DNA of 64,000 nucleotides from contig JAKMXF010000166.1 in the NCBI GenBank assembly GCA_024704765.1, positions 646,743 to 710,742 on the forward strand. Direction: 5' to 3'. Below the pieces are notes generated by a model. The model saw only the letters and a list, made by a program, of their open reading frames with translations. It did not search any database and was not told the origin of the DNA. Each line of letters begins with the position of its first letter. The stretch's first letter is position 1. The position numbers were made by a program, and so were the translations under genes. The stretch is from Oopsacas minuta (taxonomy: Eukaryota; Animalia; Porifera). Shown here in pieces: positions 1-12,593 of this stretch.

Positions 1-576
1 ATGATCCCTCGACATGACTTTCGGGACCCGAAAGTTATGTACTGTATATTTTTTTATTCTAATGGTCCAGTGTGCCAGATTTGTGTCCCCAAATACCAAA
101 CAATAACAGGCTCCTTCTACACCAATGAGTGTCTAACAGAGGTTGAAAAATTCTACCAAAATCGACGGCCAAGGACTGGAACTCGTGGATTGCGAATATT
201 GCATGATAACGCCCGACCGCACAAGACAAAGCTAGTTAGAGAAAAGTTGGAAGCTAAGAAGATTGTGGAGCTAGATCACCCTCCCTACTCACCAGATCTA
301 GCTCCCTGTGACTTTTGGTTGTTTCCAAAGCTAATGAAACATCTATCAGGGAGGAAATTCGAGAGTCGAGCTCAGATAGGATCGGCGATTTTCCAGTATA
401 TGAAAGGTGTACCAACCGAAGACGACAAAAAAGTATTTTTCGATTGGATAAAAAGGCTGAAATTGGTTTTACAGCACGAAGGGGAATACTTTGAGAAACT
501 CCATCACTGAATACACAATTATGCTAGAAAATTTAGAATTACAATGTGATAACGACTACTTATTGAACGCCCGTAG
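1..576 (+). mobile_element. mariner (DD34D) transposon, 3' half with right TIR; transposase C-terminal part at 1-510
   Basis: ORF has HDNARPH...YSPDLAPCDF with 34 residues between the 2nd and 3rd D. The element ends ...TTATTGAACGCCCGTAG followed by TA (577-578). The same terminus is at 58232. The 5' part lies outside the window. Confidence 0.92.
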
Positions 577-702
577 TAATACTATTTTACCTTAATTCCA
601 GTTTAATCAACGTTTTATCGTTTGTATAGCTAATAAAATAGACCGTCATATGTCATCACTCTGTTAATTCGTAATGAACAAACAATACTTAACAAATATC
701 TT

Positions 703-865
703 CCATCAACTCCCGTTATACTGCAGCTCATCCGTTCGCGATAATTATTTCGATATTAGCAGTTCGATATAGCAGACGAAATTTATGTTACTTCGACGTT
801 TTGGTAGCATATTTGCATAATCTTTGCTAGTATAAAGGTGTTTGATATAACGAGAGTATTGAGTG
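703..865. mobile_element. pogo/Tigger-like MITE
   Basis: Imperfect inverted ends ACTCCCGTTATA / TATAACGAGAGT, with TA at the right flank; boundaries approximate. Confidence 0.4.
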
Positions 866-2473
866 TACCTGCTTAGAAAAGCAGAAATATATCAAGCTAA
901 AAATTCAGTTAACAGGATCCTATTAAATACTAGGGTACATATACAATAAATGCAGGAGAGCATTGATAATCCATGTTCTTTTTCACTGATATTTTCTCTA
1001 TTAGAATGAATTGTTGTAAATTTGTCAAACACTATGTAAATAAAGATAATATTTAATTAAGAAATTCCAATCAAATAATTAGTGAATAACTAGCGATAAG
1101 GATGCATGAATGATTGCGATTAAACGATTGGTATAAGTGTAAATTCACATTCATTGTCATCATATAATTCTGGGTTGCCCTGGGATTTTGATCCCATTCT
1201 CACGGCAACCCTGAATTATTATTTGCATGAGGTAGGTTAGCTAGATATACCTCAATTTGTCAGTTGTCCTAACTTTAGCATTTTTCCAAAATGCTAACTC
1301 ATCATTCAACTTTTGAGTCATTCTGCGAATTTGAAGCGCTTAGTGAAGTGCCTCAGTATATCCTGTCGCGTAGCAACGAAAATTACTAATATATTTAGCT
1401 GTTTCATACTAAGCTAAACCTGAGGTACAAAGCTGTGGCCCAGAATCCTAGCAAGTGATGTGGGCTAATAGCATATTTGCTAATTAGTTTCTCTGTCCAT
1501 CAGTTATGGGTATTATATGGCTCTTAGGATATAAGTTTATTCTTAAGTTCACCTCAATATTGTAGTTTATCAGATATATTTTGGCATTATTGAACTGTCT
1601 GTATAGTGTAATTAATGTGTGGCAAAATATTTGTATCAGTTTGTAACGAATTAGTAAAATTTATAGTATTGGATTGCCTTTCGCCATGTAAATTCAAATA
1701 AAATTATAGTCTCTCGTGAACCTAGGGGATATTATGAACATGAACGACCGCTTACCGCCTTAGCCTCTTAGATACTTAATCACTACTGCACCCATCCCAA
1801 ACTTGCACCCCCAAATATATGGCTAGATCCACTCCTGGTTATTTACCACATTGGGAATTTATTATCATTACAGCCCCTGAATTCCAAAAAATTAGGGATA
1901 AATTCCACTTCTCTATTCTTTCGAAATTGCTCAATTCCCGTTTACAACCCTTGATTCTCTTAATTATTGAATTATCCAATCGAATTCCTTTTGAATTGGA
2001 ATAATCCCATTTGCAGTCCCTTACTTCTGGGAATTCATGACTTAATTCCCATTCCCATTCCCATTCTGAATGGAAATGGACTTGAAACACAAATCCCAAT
2101 TCCATTCATGAATTAAACACATTAGTGCCCAGCACCATTGCATTATTATATTGAATGATATGGGTGAACCAACATAATCCCACGGATTGACTATATATGA
2201 ATTCCTATTCAACAATAATACATTTCATACATCTAGCTAGAATAAATGACGAGATTTGGAGTATATCCCAATACTGAGAAGAGGTGTGAAAACCGCATAA
2301 CCCACACTCCATAAATATTTCGTCTAAACCAAAATGACCAATTGACTCCTACCTATGACTTCCTATTTGACAATAATACTTTTTATGCGTCTAACTTTAA
2401 CCAAGTACTAACCTTGAAATTTGCGGATCGTTTGGTGCCTTCCGTGAAACAAAGTTATTAATGATCACTAGTA

Positions 2474-3302
2474 CAGTAAAACCTCCATTAGGAAACACCT
2501 CCGATTAAGGAGCACCTCCGCTTAGGGGACACATTTATAAGTCCCGATTTTTTCCTATCCTTTAACATTGATACCTACCTCCTATCAAGGAACACCTCCC
2601 TGTAGTGAACAGGGAACACTCTTTTGTGTCCCAAATATCACTTAGCCATTCATATGGGCCTCCCATTACAGAACATTGTTTATCACGATTTGTGGGGATC
2701 AACATGAAAGTTGGTGGGCTGTATTTTGTTCACAGTTTGTGGGGGATCAGTGTGATCGATGTTTGTTTTGTTCTTTACACGACTGATTATTAAAATGACA
2801 ATTGTTTATATGAAAAGGAAACCATTTCCTAATGTTTGGTAAGTATACATATATCACTGTCTGTATGAAGATGACATTTTTTTCTAATCTTTGGTCTGTC
2901 TATCTCAAAACAAATCACCACAATTCAGTGCCTTCTGACAAGGATGTTAACAGTGCTATAGAGGTGCTCAAGTTATATGCGATTCACAATCCTAGTGTCC
3001 TAGGGTCAATCATCAGTATTGAGTGTTGTTTATGGACATATTATAGAAAAGCGCTGCCACATGTCTCAGAAATGTCTCACAGACTTTTAATCAATTGGAC
3101 TACTTATTACATTTGATAATACAGATTCGTTAAACGTGTACCTACATACGTACTACTCAATTACTTGTGTTATACTTGCACATGTTTACAAACAAGCATT
3201 CATACACCTCATAAATTTATGATAGGCCTTAACATGCAAGCCTCTCATCAAGGAACAGCTTTTCAGCAGGCCCAAAAATATTCCCTAATTGGGGTCTTAC
3301 TG
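2474..3302. mobile_element. non-autonomous pogo/Tigger-like element
   Basis: TA|CAGTAAAACCTCC at left, GGGGTCTTACTG at right (imperfect TIR), repeated subterminal GGAACACCTCC-like motifs, no transposase ORF. Confidence 0.6.
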
Positions 3303-3599
3303 TTATAGAAAAAAATTTATCCCAATAAAGCAGTAATTTTGTCCCTCATTAACGAAATTGGTCCATCTACCTTGATTATTATAATATGCAAATATCAAGA
3401 GAAAATTTTCTTGATTGAGTTATTATTTTTCGCTCGATCAGGCGTTTATCCCGAATAACCGAAGCTATAGTATTAACTTAGATGGAGGTGAGCTGTTTTC
3501 CCTATTAATTGGAGCCCCAATAAAGCGGTGTTGACTGGACATATATATGTAGAATACAAACGAATACAGCATACTAAAACAGTGACTCATAAAGATTGT

Positions 3600-3667
3600 C
3601 CCGGGAGCCGCACGCTGTATGCTCAAGAGCCGGAAATAGTATGCGAGCCGCAGGTTGAAGGCTCCTG
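3600..3667. mobile_element. hAT (Charlie/SPIN-like) terminal fragment
   Basis: GAGCCG repeats ending GAGCCGCAGGTTGAAGGCTCCTG, resembling hAT right ends. Confidence 0.35.
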
Positions 3668-3816
3668 CTATACTGTATATTGAGCCAGTAATGAAATCAC
3701 TGCCAATATTAATATGCTATACCGACTTTACTTTTTGCTGTGCGGATTATACTATAGTATAGTCGCCTAGTATTGATCTCAGTGCTTTTTTTGGCTCAGT
3801 AATGAAATGGTTGCCT

Positions 3817-3817
<1 letters not shown>

Positions 3818-3851
<34 letters not shown>
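3818..3851. repeat. (ATT)n microsatellite
   Basis: Direct reading of the sequence; a similar tract is at about 23229-23253. Confidence 0.95.
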
Positions 3852-5509
3852 TCTCCGCTTGCGATGTACTTCCAAAACTATAAATTAATGGCTGACACTT
3901 TCCGGATACAAGGACAATTGCTTGCACTGAATGTCACGATTTTTATCTGATATCAGGGGACACAATTTAACACCTTTAAAATTTCGTATTGCCTCTAGCA
4001 AAATTTTGACAGGAAAGGTACCAAAAAGTTCACACTCGAGGAGAAACAAATTCTGCACCTTTGTACTCTTCTAGAATTTATGTTGGTATAGTTTTTGCAA
4101 AACTATGTGAAAAATATTCATTATATAGCACTATGTCATCAATAATCCTATTGTTCTTAGTTATTAAAATTTATTTGTTAAACAAATATATTTTCCAATT
4201 ATTTGACTTTCTAATAATCGTAGGAGATTGGTTTAAAGACTCTAAACAGCTCATTGGAGGTTAATACGATATGCTGATTCAGAATTTGTCTCGAGGAAAT
4301 ATCATCCAATATCCTCTTGTTTTAATATCATTAGTCAATTAATAATTAATGTAAAAATTGAACTTTGTATAAACCTGGCCAGCATATCAAATCATACTTT
4401 CACCGATTACGGCCGAAGTTTTACGTTCGTAATGAAAAGGACACTAAAATTTACAACTTCGTTTTAACCAATTCCCGCACCAAAAACGAGATTTTAGCAC
4501 CTTTTTTGATGGGGGGGGGGTCATAAAATTACACATCTTCCCGGCAGTATTCGGTTTATAGTGATGCAGAGACGAAGTCTCTCCTATGTTTTTCCAAAGA
4601 AATTTTATATGAAATCGGACCTGCTTGATTTACCTAAAACCCACTTATTAGGACTTTGTTTAAATTATATTTCCTTAGAAATTTGCTAAATTTTATCTTC
4701 ATTGTGTTAGAGTTTTATTAGAAATTTATTGTTGATATTTGTCACTGAAACTGGGCTCACTGATAGAATGAAATTTCAAAACCTGTGAAAATACCAGCTT
4801 TCCGCCTGTATTTTTCCCAGTTTGTGACTTTAGAATACTGTCTGTATTTAATATTAAATTAATTCATCGAATTTTGGCACTTAACTAGCATTTTACGTCA
4901 AAATAAACAAAATACTACAAATTTTTCGTTTCTAAAAACATTTTCGAATTACTAGTTAACCAGGATGTTTTTCGAATATATTAGCTCTAAGTAGGAGTCA
5001 CTTTTAATTTTCATTTCCATCGAACTGAGAGGGGCGAAGCGCTCTCACTTTTCGAGAAAGAGGACGGCCTGGCTGGAGACTCTCTTTGATATCGCAATGC
5101 GGTAAAATACTGTCTAAAAAGGCCCGAAATGACTGCTTCCCGACACAGCAATATTCAAAATTACTATACTATAAGAGCTGAAAAATTGTCAAAGAGTTCA
5201 TTGCGGCCTAAGTATACGATTTTTGATCTGACACAATTTACCACTTTTATGCCACGGTAGTAATTCTATTGTTCTTAGATTTTTAATATTTGTTAAACAA
5301 TAGGTTCTTCTAGTGCTGTATAATCTGGATTCATTGAATATCTAAGTTAACAATATACAATTACCTGTGCCGACAGCAAAGTCTGTTAATTAAATTTGTT
5401 TAAAAAGTGGCACTATGAAAGGTTAGGTTTATTCCCAATACACATAGTGCCACTTTTTGAACAAATTTGATTAATAGACTAAGCTGTCACACAGTTTGGA
5501 ATTATATAT

Positions 5510-5940
5510 TTTTACCATCAATGGTCCATCCAAATTCCTTGTGTGTTAATACGGAGCTACTACTTGGCTTTTGGTTAGCGATATGGGCCCCTGTATGTCT
5601 CAGGTATTTAGTAATTCTAGAATTTTCGAAATTTTGTTTAGTCATGATGAAGTAGTAATCCCATGATGAGTTTGCATTTGGTTAAAATCATAACATCAGG
5701 ACATTTGGCACATTGAGGGTACCTATGATTCAAATTTCAAACTTCTATCATGTATATTGGCTGAAGAGGCTGATAATGTGATATTTTGAAAATAGAAATG
5801 GTGACAATGATGTCATAATTTCGTTATAGATGTGAATTTTCGTCCAAGACTTAAACTTGTCTGAGCCAGGCCCAAAATACCCCTGTATGCCAAAAATATG
5901 CCCTGGGGATCTTCAAGTTTCTTCAATCAATTCCGAACGT
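5510..5940 (+). repeat. dispersed ~430-bp repeat (second copy about 25300-25745), unclassified
   Basis: Shared blocks such as GTCATGATGA..TAATCCCATGATGAGTT, GGCCCAAA..ACCCC.TATGCCAAAAA and TCAATTCCGA. Confidence 0.7.
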
Positions 5941-5952
5941 ACAAACATATAT

Positions 5953-7773
5953 CTACGAGCCTTTGGCTCGTCGTTTCGCGATTAACTTGGCGCATTGCGC
6001 CTCGAAGTATCCATTATTCCCCAAATTTACGCCCCCTTTGAGTATTATAATATAGATATATTTAGAACAATGTAATTCACAAATATACGTATATGGCATA
6101 TACAGGGTGATTTTTTGAGAGTGTAACTTTTAAACTTTTCTGAACGTGAATTATTTCACAAATTTGAAGCTTTCAACTACTCTACTATCCTTCCTAATAT
6201 ATGTAAATTTAATAATAAACCTGAACCATAAATAACTAATCAAGTTGATGTTCAAAGTGACCACCTCCATACTTCACACAAGTTACCGCTCTTTTCATAA
6301 AATTTCCACAACTTTATGCAACATCTTTGAGTCCATATTATTCGCTGTATCTTCAATTACTTGTCTTAACTCGTTTATGCTCTTGGGTTGCTTTTCAAAC
6401 ACCTTTTTGTTTGCATAGCTCTAGAAAAAGTAGTCGAGAGGGTTTAAATCAAGTGAATATGATAGCCAAATTCTATCGGTTAAATTTGATAGAATTCTTC
6501 CATGAAACTTTTCTCGCAGAAAATCCAAACTGTTTTGCATGTATGTGGTCTAGCACCATCTTGTTGAAACCACAATCTCTTACGTGTCGAAATATACCGA
6601 ATTTGAGGCCAAAGCACTTCCTTGAGCATTTTAAGGTAAGACTCCCCATTCACAGAAACTGTTATTCCCTTTGCATCGATAAACCAATGGACTTTGAGCA
6701 TTTTTCCATCCACAAAGCCTGCTCAACACATAATTTTCTCCCCATGAAGCCTCTTAGAGGCCACAGAAATATTGGGATTGATCGGAGCTCAAATCCTGTC
6801 GTTTTGTTGATTAGGAGATTGCTGGAGTACGAACCATTTCTCGTCACTGAATATTACTTTTTGGATATTCTGGAGATGGTTGGATCACCCACGAACAAAA
6901 TTCCTTTCTTTTCAGCATGCTCTGTTCACTTATATGGTGAACTCTTTGAACACGGTAAGGCCTCCATTTTAATGTTCTTTTAAGAATATTGTGAACTTTG
7001 GAATAGCTGAACTCTAGTTTCCGGCTCGCATTTCGAATTGATCCTTGGTTTTCTTCAAAGTGAATTCTAACCTGATTGACATGTTCAGGGGGAAGAATCC
7101 TACCACCTTTTTCTTAGGTGACTTGAGAAAATTGTATACACTCTAGTGAAATGAGTGAGTCTGTACTTTAGGCGATTTCGTCCTTTGATAGCAAAACGTT
7201 GACAAAATTTCTTTTTTACTACTGTTGGAGAAGGATTTGTCCAAATTCTAAAATGATAAATTTTAGTTCTTGCTTTGTAAAGGTTGAGTTAATTTGTCTT
7301 TTGCTCATCTGGATCGCAATGAAAATCAAAAATCTATTTTATATAGATAATGTACATGAAAAAGGATCATTCTCTCAAAAGGAAACAATTGAATTACAAA
7401 AATCTAGATATAATGCAAAAATTGTAAAGTTACACTTTCAGAAAATCACCCTGTGTGTTATTGAATTATTTTGTAAGATCAACTCCCTTTGTAGCCGTTT
7501 AGAGCAAGCCTCTACGTATAATGTGAGATTTGGATAATTTGTTTACTTTATATTCATTAACAAAAAAATACATTTACATATGATTAATCCAAAAGTGTGA
7601 AAATCGGATTCAGCATGTTCGATACATTTAAGTTTTATTGAATTCTATTTACTTCCTTGATAAAGAGGATAAATACATAGTTATACGACAATTTCAAATT
7701 GCATATTGTAAATCCTTTCCTTGACAACGGACAAACAATCAGACAGACAACAATTGAGATTTGATAATATAGA
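5953..7773 (-). mobile_element. non-autonomous Helitron-like element, interrupted by a Tc1/mariner insertion (6103-7453)
   Basis: Minus-strand 5' end A|TCTATATT...GTCTGTCTG...GTCCGTTGTCAAGG and 3' hairpin ACGAGCC-AAA-GGCTCGT-AG. Homologous to 8759-9310, 53373-53570 and 50400-50461. Confidence 0.7.
6103..7453 (-). mobile_element. Tc1/mariner (maT/DD37D-like) element with a degenerate transposase
   Basis: 28-bp TIR CAGGGTGATTTTTTGAGAGTGTAACTTT with 2 mismatches; TA left flank, TG right flank. Minus-strand fragments include WFQQDGARPHT and a decayed SPDL..DFFLWG-type motif. Confidence 0.88.
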
Positions 7774-7802
7774 TTACTCTATCAGAATGTCTATCCTTTT
7801 AT

Positions 7803-7990
7803 AGTGGAACCTCGTTAATACGAACGCCAACGGACGGTCAAAATTTGTTCTCTTTATCCCGAATTCGTATTAACTGCATTAACCGGTAATATCAATTGAA
7901 TAACCATTGTAGGGACCAGATATTGTGTAAATATTTGTTCGTCTTATCCGGAACTTTGTATTTACTGTGTTCGTAATAACGAGGTTTCTG
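7803..7990. mobile_element. pogo/Tigger-like MITE (related partial copy about 60650-60785)
   Basis: Inverted ends AACCTCGTTAATACGAAC / GTTCGTAATAACGAGGTT. CGTTAATACGAACGCCAACGGACGG recurs reverse-complemented near 60750. Confidence 0.6.
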
Positions 7991-8758
7991 TTGTTCTCTA
8001 ACGAAGAATACGTAATTAACTAATTATGTAAGTGTGATTGTGTGGATTGCTATACATCAATATTCGAGTCTAAAATTCCAAAGTTTTCCGGGGGTGAGCA
8101 ATCACTACAAGCCTCCCTAAAATTGGTCTCTCTGGCCCCCTCATTATCCCCCAAACAAAGATTTGCCATCCGCCCCTGGGCTAAAATGGCCGTTAACTGG
8201 AAATAGACATGTATATAATAGCTCATTGTAAATTTTCACTTCAGTATGGGTACAATTTAGGAGGGGGGGGCTGAAATGTAATTGCCCGAAATTTTCCTAC
8301 ATGGTATAAATGTTGATTATATTTGGTATCTTTTAATTCCTTAGCTTGTAAGATTCAAGGATCTATTATTTACCTGGCAAATTTCTCAAAGACGAAATAG
8401 AAATCTGTTGAGGTCTCATATTGAAAATATATGGCCCTACTAAATCAATCAAATAATTCCAACCAATATTTGGGTCATTACCATGGATTGATATTTGATT
8501 GAAGGGAATCAAAATATAGTATATACATTTTGTGATGAGATTTATATTAGCAGATCAATTTTGATGATTATTAATACTATATGGCAGGGCCGGATATAAG
8601 GTAGTGGGGGCCCATGGACAAAATATTTTGGACCTTTGTAATTTTAAACCACATAAACTTGATTGCTTATACATTCAAAGATTTAGTTAAGGCCACTGTT
8701 AGTTTGAAGCCTGTTTCAGGTCGCATCTGATTTGTCTACTGTACCAATATTGTCATTA

Positions 8759-9310
8759 TCTATATTATTACATCTCAAATGTTGTCTGTTTGTTTGATGT
8801 CCGTTGTCAAGGAAAGGATTTGCTTCATGCAATTTTGAAATTGTCACATAACTATGTATTATCATGTTTATCAAGGAAGTTAATATAATTCAATAAAACT
8901 TCACTAAACATATCGAACATGCTGACTCAGATTTTCACACTTTTGGATTAATCATATACATACAGAGTTGCCCTAAACGGCTACCCAGGGGTAACTAAGT
9001 ACGCTAAATACGAAGTTCGCAATTCAAGTTTCTCATATGTAAATTTATTGTTGTTTTTATGAATATAAAGTAAACAAATTATCCAAATCTCAAAATATAC
9101 GTAGATACTTGCTCTTAACAGCTACAAAGTGAGTTGATCTTACAAAATAATTCAATAACATATATGCCATATACAAATATTTGTGAATTACATAGTTCTA
9201 ACTATATCTATATCATAATACTCAAAGGGGCCGTCAATTTGGAGAATAATGGATACCTCAAGGCAGAATGCGCCGAGTTCATCGCGAAGTGACGAGCCGA
9301 AGGATCGTTG
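8759..9310 (+). mobile_element. non-autonomous Helitron-like element (same family as 5953-7773)
   Basis: A|TC 5' end, GTCTGTTTGTTTG tract, 3' GACGAGCCGAAGGATCGT hairpin; carries an ~80-bp TA-flanked insert. Confidence 0.7.
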
Positions 9311-11130
9311 TCATTATATCACCATTCGCTCAGTGTATTCGCTATCTACTGAAATAAGTAAACTTTTAAAGTAATGGTAAATGCTAAGGATTAATCTAAT
9401 ACGAGCAGCAGTAATTAAGTCACACAATAGAAATAGTCAGTGGTCGAAAAGTTCGTTAAAGATGTAACTGAGGAAAGGTAATATAAATCAAAATACGAGT
9501 GAAAAGTCTTCAAAAAAAAGTTCAAATTTAATAAATTTATGTGGTTCTATGAAAATATGATTCATAATTTGGTTAAATGAACATACTACTACTATCGTAT
9601 ATCAACTAGTTTGTATATCATGTAAAATTCTAACAAATGAGCCATGTTCAAAAGTCAAACAATAAAATTAAACATGCAGTAGTTTTTATTGGCTTTGTTG
9701 GGGGCCTATGGGAAGTTGCCCACTGTGGACTGCCCATTCTTAAATCCGCCCATGCTATAAGGCAAAAATCGTGCAAAATAATGCAAACTTTCGGTAGGGA
9801 GATAGTAACCTCCGCCTATAGTACTTGTTATATTTGTATATATTAATAAATCGTTAGTATTCAGACTAAAATTTGAATATCTACTACAAAGGAATTAGAC
9901 GCTCCGATCCCGATCCTATTTAGGATCCTCTAAATGATCTTACCAGTTCCTCAATAAACTCTGGACATAGATAAATGAAGGAAACATCAATTCAAACCTG
10001 GTACCGTATACGTATATCGTAACTGGTGATGTGCACTCTAAGGGACAGTATAGACGATTGGAATCAGGGTTTCGTCGAGGTTCTCAGAGCCACATGCCTA
10101 GACTATCCATTGTCCATTGCGATATAGGAATATTGGTCAAATATTCGTATGCCTAGTTGTATATTTGCTTAAATTTATGCGCCTGTGTAGGCGCGCAGCA
10201 TACCCCTTGATAATACCGTAATTGAAATACGAGGGGTTTAAATTAACGAGAGAGGGTTGGCGGAAAATCAAATCAATAAGCGGAGGGTGGAAAAATCAAA
10301 AATTTGCGGGTGGTTCGCTCATTCGAACCCCTAGAGTAAGTGTTTGGGCCACTCTTTTATACGTAAATAGAATAACAATATCAATAACTTGATTAATATC
10401 ATTCTAAAGTATTGGCAAAGTGATACACCGCTCGTCGTACCTGTAACACCGGTTGTACTGCCCTGACATAAAGGTTCGAGATCTCTTTAGAAAATTTTCG
10501 ATCTGAACGGAACCTGATCACAAACCTACTTTTCAACATGGATCGACGATCCCCTTCCGATCCTCGAAAAGGTTCTAGATACCTATCGTACGATCTTTGT
10601 TCGAAAGATCCACATGCCCATCTACCCTTGTGTTGTATCAAAAATATACAAAGTCCTTGGAAAACCCTGCAAATATTTCTTAACCAGTAAGCTTGAATTA
10701 TACGCCCCCCTGATGTTTGAACTTAGATCCATCCTTGGATAAATGTATAAATACTAGAACGCATGCGGTTAAAAATTCTAAATTTACAATCTGTGCCGAC
10801 AGCTTAGTTTATTAATTAAATTAATTTAAATTGTTACTACGAAGGGCACTCGAAAAGTTTTGACGTTGACCGACATATCAGATAGTAATAATAAAATTGA
10901 CTATTACATTTTTTCAAAATACTCTCCCTGACAATTTATACATTTTTTCATTCTGGTAAACCAAATATCAAAACATTTTCCACTCTTCTTTGGGTATGTC
11001 TCCGATCGCTTGGAAAAGTGCCCCTCTCAACTCCTCATTAGTCGAAAATCTCCTCTCACGTAATTGATCTTTGAGCCTAGGGAACAACCAGAAGTCGCAA
11101 GGGCTAAATCAGGGGCCTTATTAACTAAAA

Positions 11131-11295
11131 TTCTAAGAATTATTCTTAACTTAATTCTAAGTTTATTTCTAAGAATAATTCTAAGAATTCATGAAATATT
11201 CTTAGTTTTCGTTAAGAATTCTTAACTTGGCTATACTTAACGGATTCTTAGAATAATTCTTAGAATTAAGCAATTCTAAGAAAAATTCTTAGAAT
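11131..11295. repeat. left subterminal array of the 9-bp palindrome TTCTWAGAA (7 perfect copies)
   Basis: Counted directly; degenerate copies lie between them. Confidence 0.9.
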
Positions 11296-11465
11296 TGGGT
11301 AATTCTACTTGATTGATTCTTGCTATTGATTAATAAAATTTATGCCAATTCATTCGACTTCAATCGCTTCTTTAGAAAATATGCGCATAGTATACAATAA
11401 ATTGCCCCACCCAATAGAAAAGGATATTCATTGCATTTCTCATTTGTGTACTATTGTATAAACTC

Positions 11466-12509
11466 ATGGCCTCGCTTTTTGTTCTTTTGGAGCTGGAAAT
11501 AGGCAGTTTACGACGACAGAGAATATTTCGTGACAGGTTAAACCCTCTTGATGCATACACTGATGTAGAGTTTATTTCTCGTTATAGAATCAGAAGAGAA
11601 ATGTTCTTAGAATTACATGATAAAATTGAGACTTTCATGTCTCGATCTACAAGCCGATCTCATTCACTTTCGGTGACAACTCAATTAGCGGTCACTCTTC
11701 AGTTTCTAGCTACGGGTAGTTTCCAAACTGTGGTTGCATCAGCTCATGGAATTTCCCAGCCCTCTGTGTCCAACTGTGTTAGAGGTGTAATAGATGCATT
11801 GTGCTCAATTGCGAAAGAGTATATACAGTTTCCAACTGCTGCTAGACAGATGAGCATGCAGCATGGATTTATGGAAAAGTTCGGGTTTCCTAAAGTATTA
11901 GGTTGCATAGACGGCACACATATCCCAATTGTTGCACCTAGCACCAACGAAGCAATTTATGTTAATCGTAAAAGTTTTCATTCAATTAACGTCCAAGCGA
12001 TATGTGACGATGTATTCAAGTTTATTGATGTAGTTGTGAAGTGGCCAGGCAGCACACATGACGCGTTCATATGGAGGCAATCAGGAATCAATCTTAAGAT
12101 CACCAGTAAAGAAATTCCAATTCTTGATGGATGGTTTCTCGGCGATAGTGGTTATCCGTTGCGCCCAAATTTAATGACTCCATTACTATCTCCTGTTACA
12201 CCTCGCGAAAGAAGGTATAATCGTGCTTTCCTGAAGACTCGAAAGACAATTGAATGTACCTTTGGAATATGGAAGAGCAGATGGAGATCAATGGACAAGA
12301 CTGGTGGCAGTTTGTGCTATAGTCCAGAGAGGGTTTGCAAACTAATCTTATCCTCCATGGTACTTCATAATTTTTGTGTTGATTGCGGTCTCCAAATTGA
12401 TATTGAAAACTTGGAAAGTGATATGCCCTACACCGAAACAGAAGACACTGAACATTCAGATAATGGGATTTTAGTTCGAGAAAATATAATTATAAATTAT
12501 TTCACATGA
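11466..12509 (+). CDS. HARBI1-like: Harbinger DDE transposase (HARBI1-like nuclease), 347 aa from the first ATG
   Basis: Motifs FLATGSFQ, GCIDGTHIPI (D), KWPGSTHDA, GDSGYPL (D), RKTIECTFGIWKSRW (E); uninterrupted ORF. Confidence 0.95.
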   Translation: MASLFVLLELEIGSLRRQRIFRDRLNPLDAYTDVEFISRYRIRREMFLELHDKIETFMSRSTSRSHSLSVTTQLAVTLQFLATGSFQTVVASAHGISQPSVSNCVRGVIDALCSIAKEYIQFPTAARQMSMQHGFMEKFGFPKVLGCIDGTHIPIVAPSTNEAIYVNRKSFHSINVQAICDDVFKFIDVVVKWPGSTHDAFIWRQSGINLKITSKEIPILDGWFLGDSGYPLRPNLMTPLLSPVTPRERRYNRAFLKTRKTIECTFGIWKSRWRSMDKTGGSLCYSPERVCKLILSSMVLHNFCVDCGLQIDIENLESDMPYTETEDTEHSDNGILVRENIIINYFT

Positions 12510-12593
12510 TATAGGAAGTTTAATTAATTAACTGAGGACATGAATGAATTCGGCTATGGTTTACTTATAACATAATTATCTTAATTAAGGATC

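Noticed and set aside
1-576. Segmental duplication or assembly overlap with 57660-58232
   Set aside because: Similarity stops exactly at the TIR/TA, and the copies carry distinct mutations.
6327-6983. 218-aa plus-strand ORF as a gene
   Set aside because: It is the antisense shadow of the minus-strand Tc1/mariner transposase and shows no domain features.
11131-11295. CRISPR-like repeat array
   Set aside because: The repeats are 9-bp motifs with tiny irregular spacers inside a eukaryotic transposon end.
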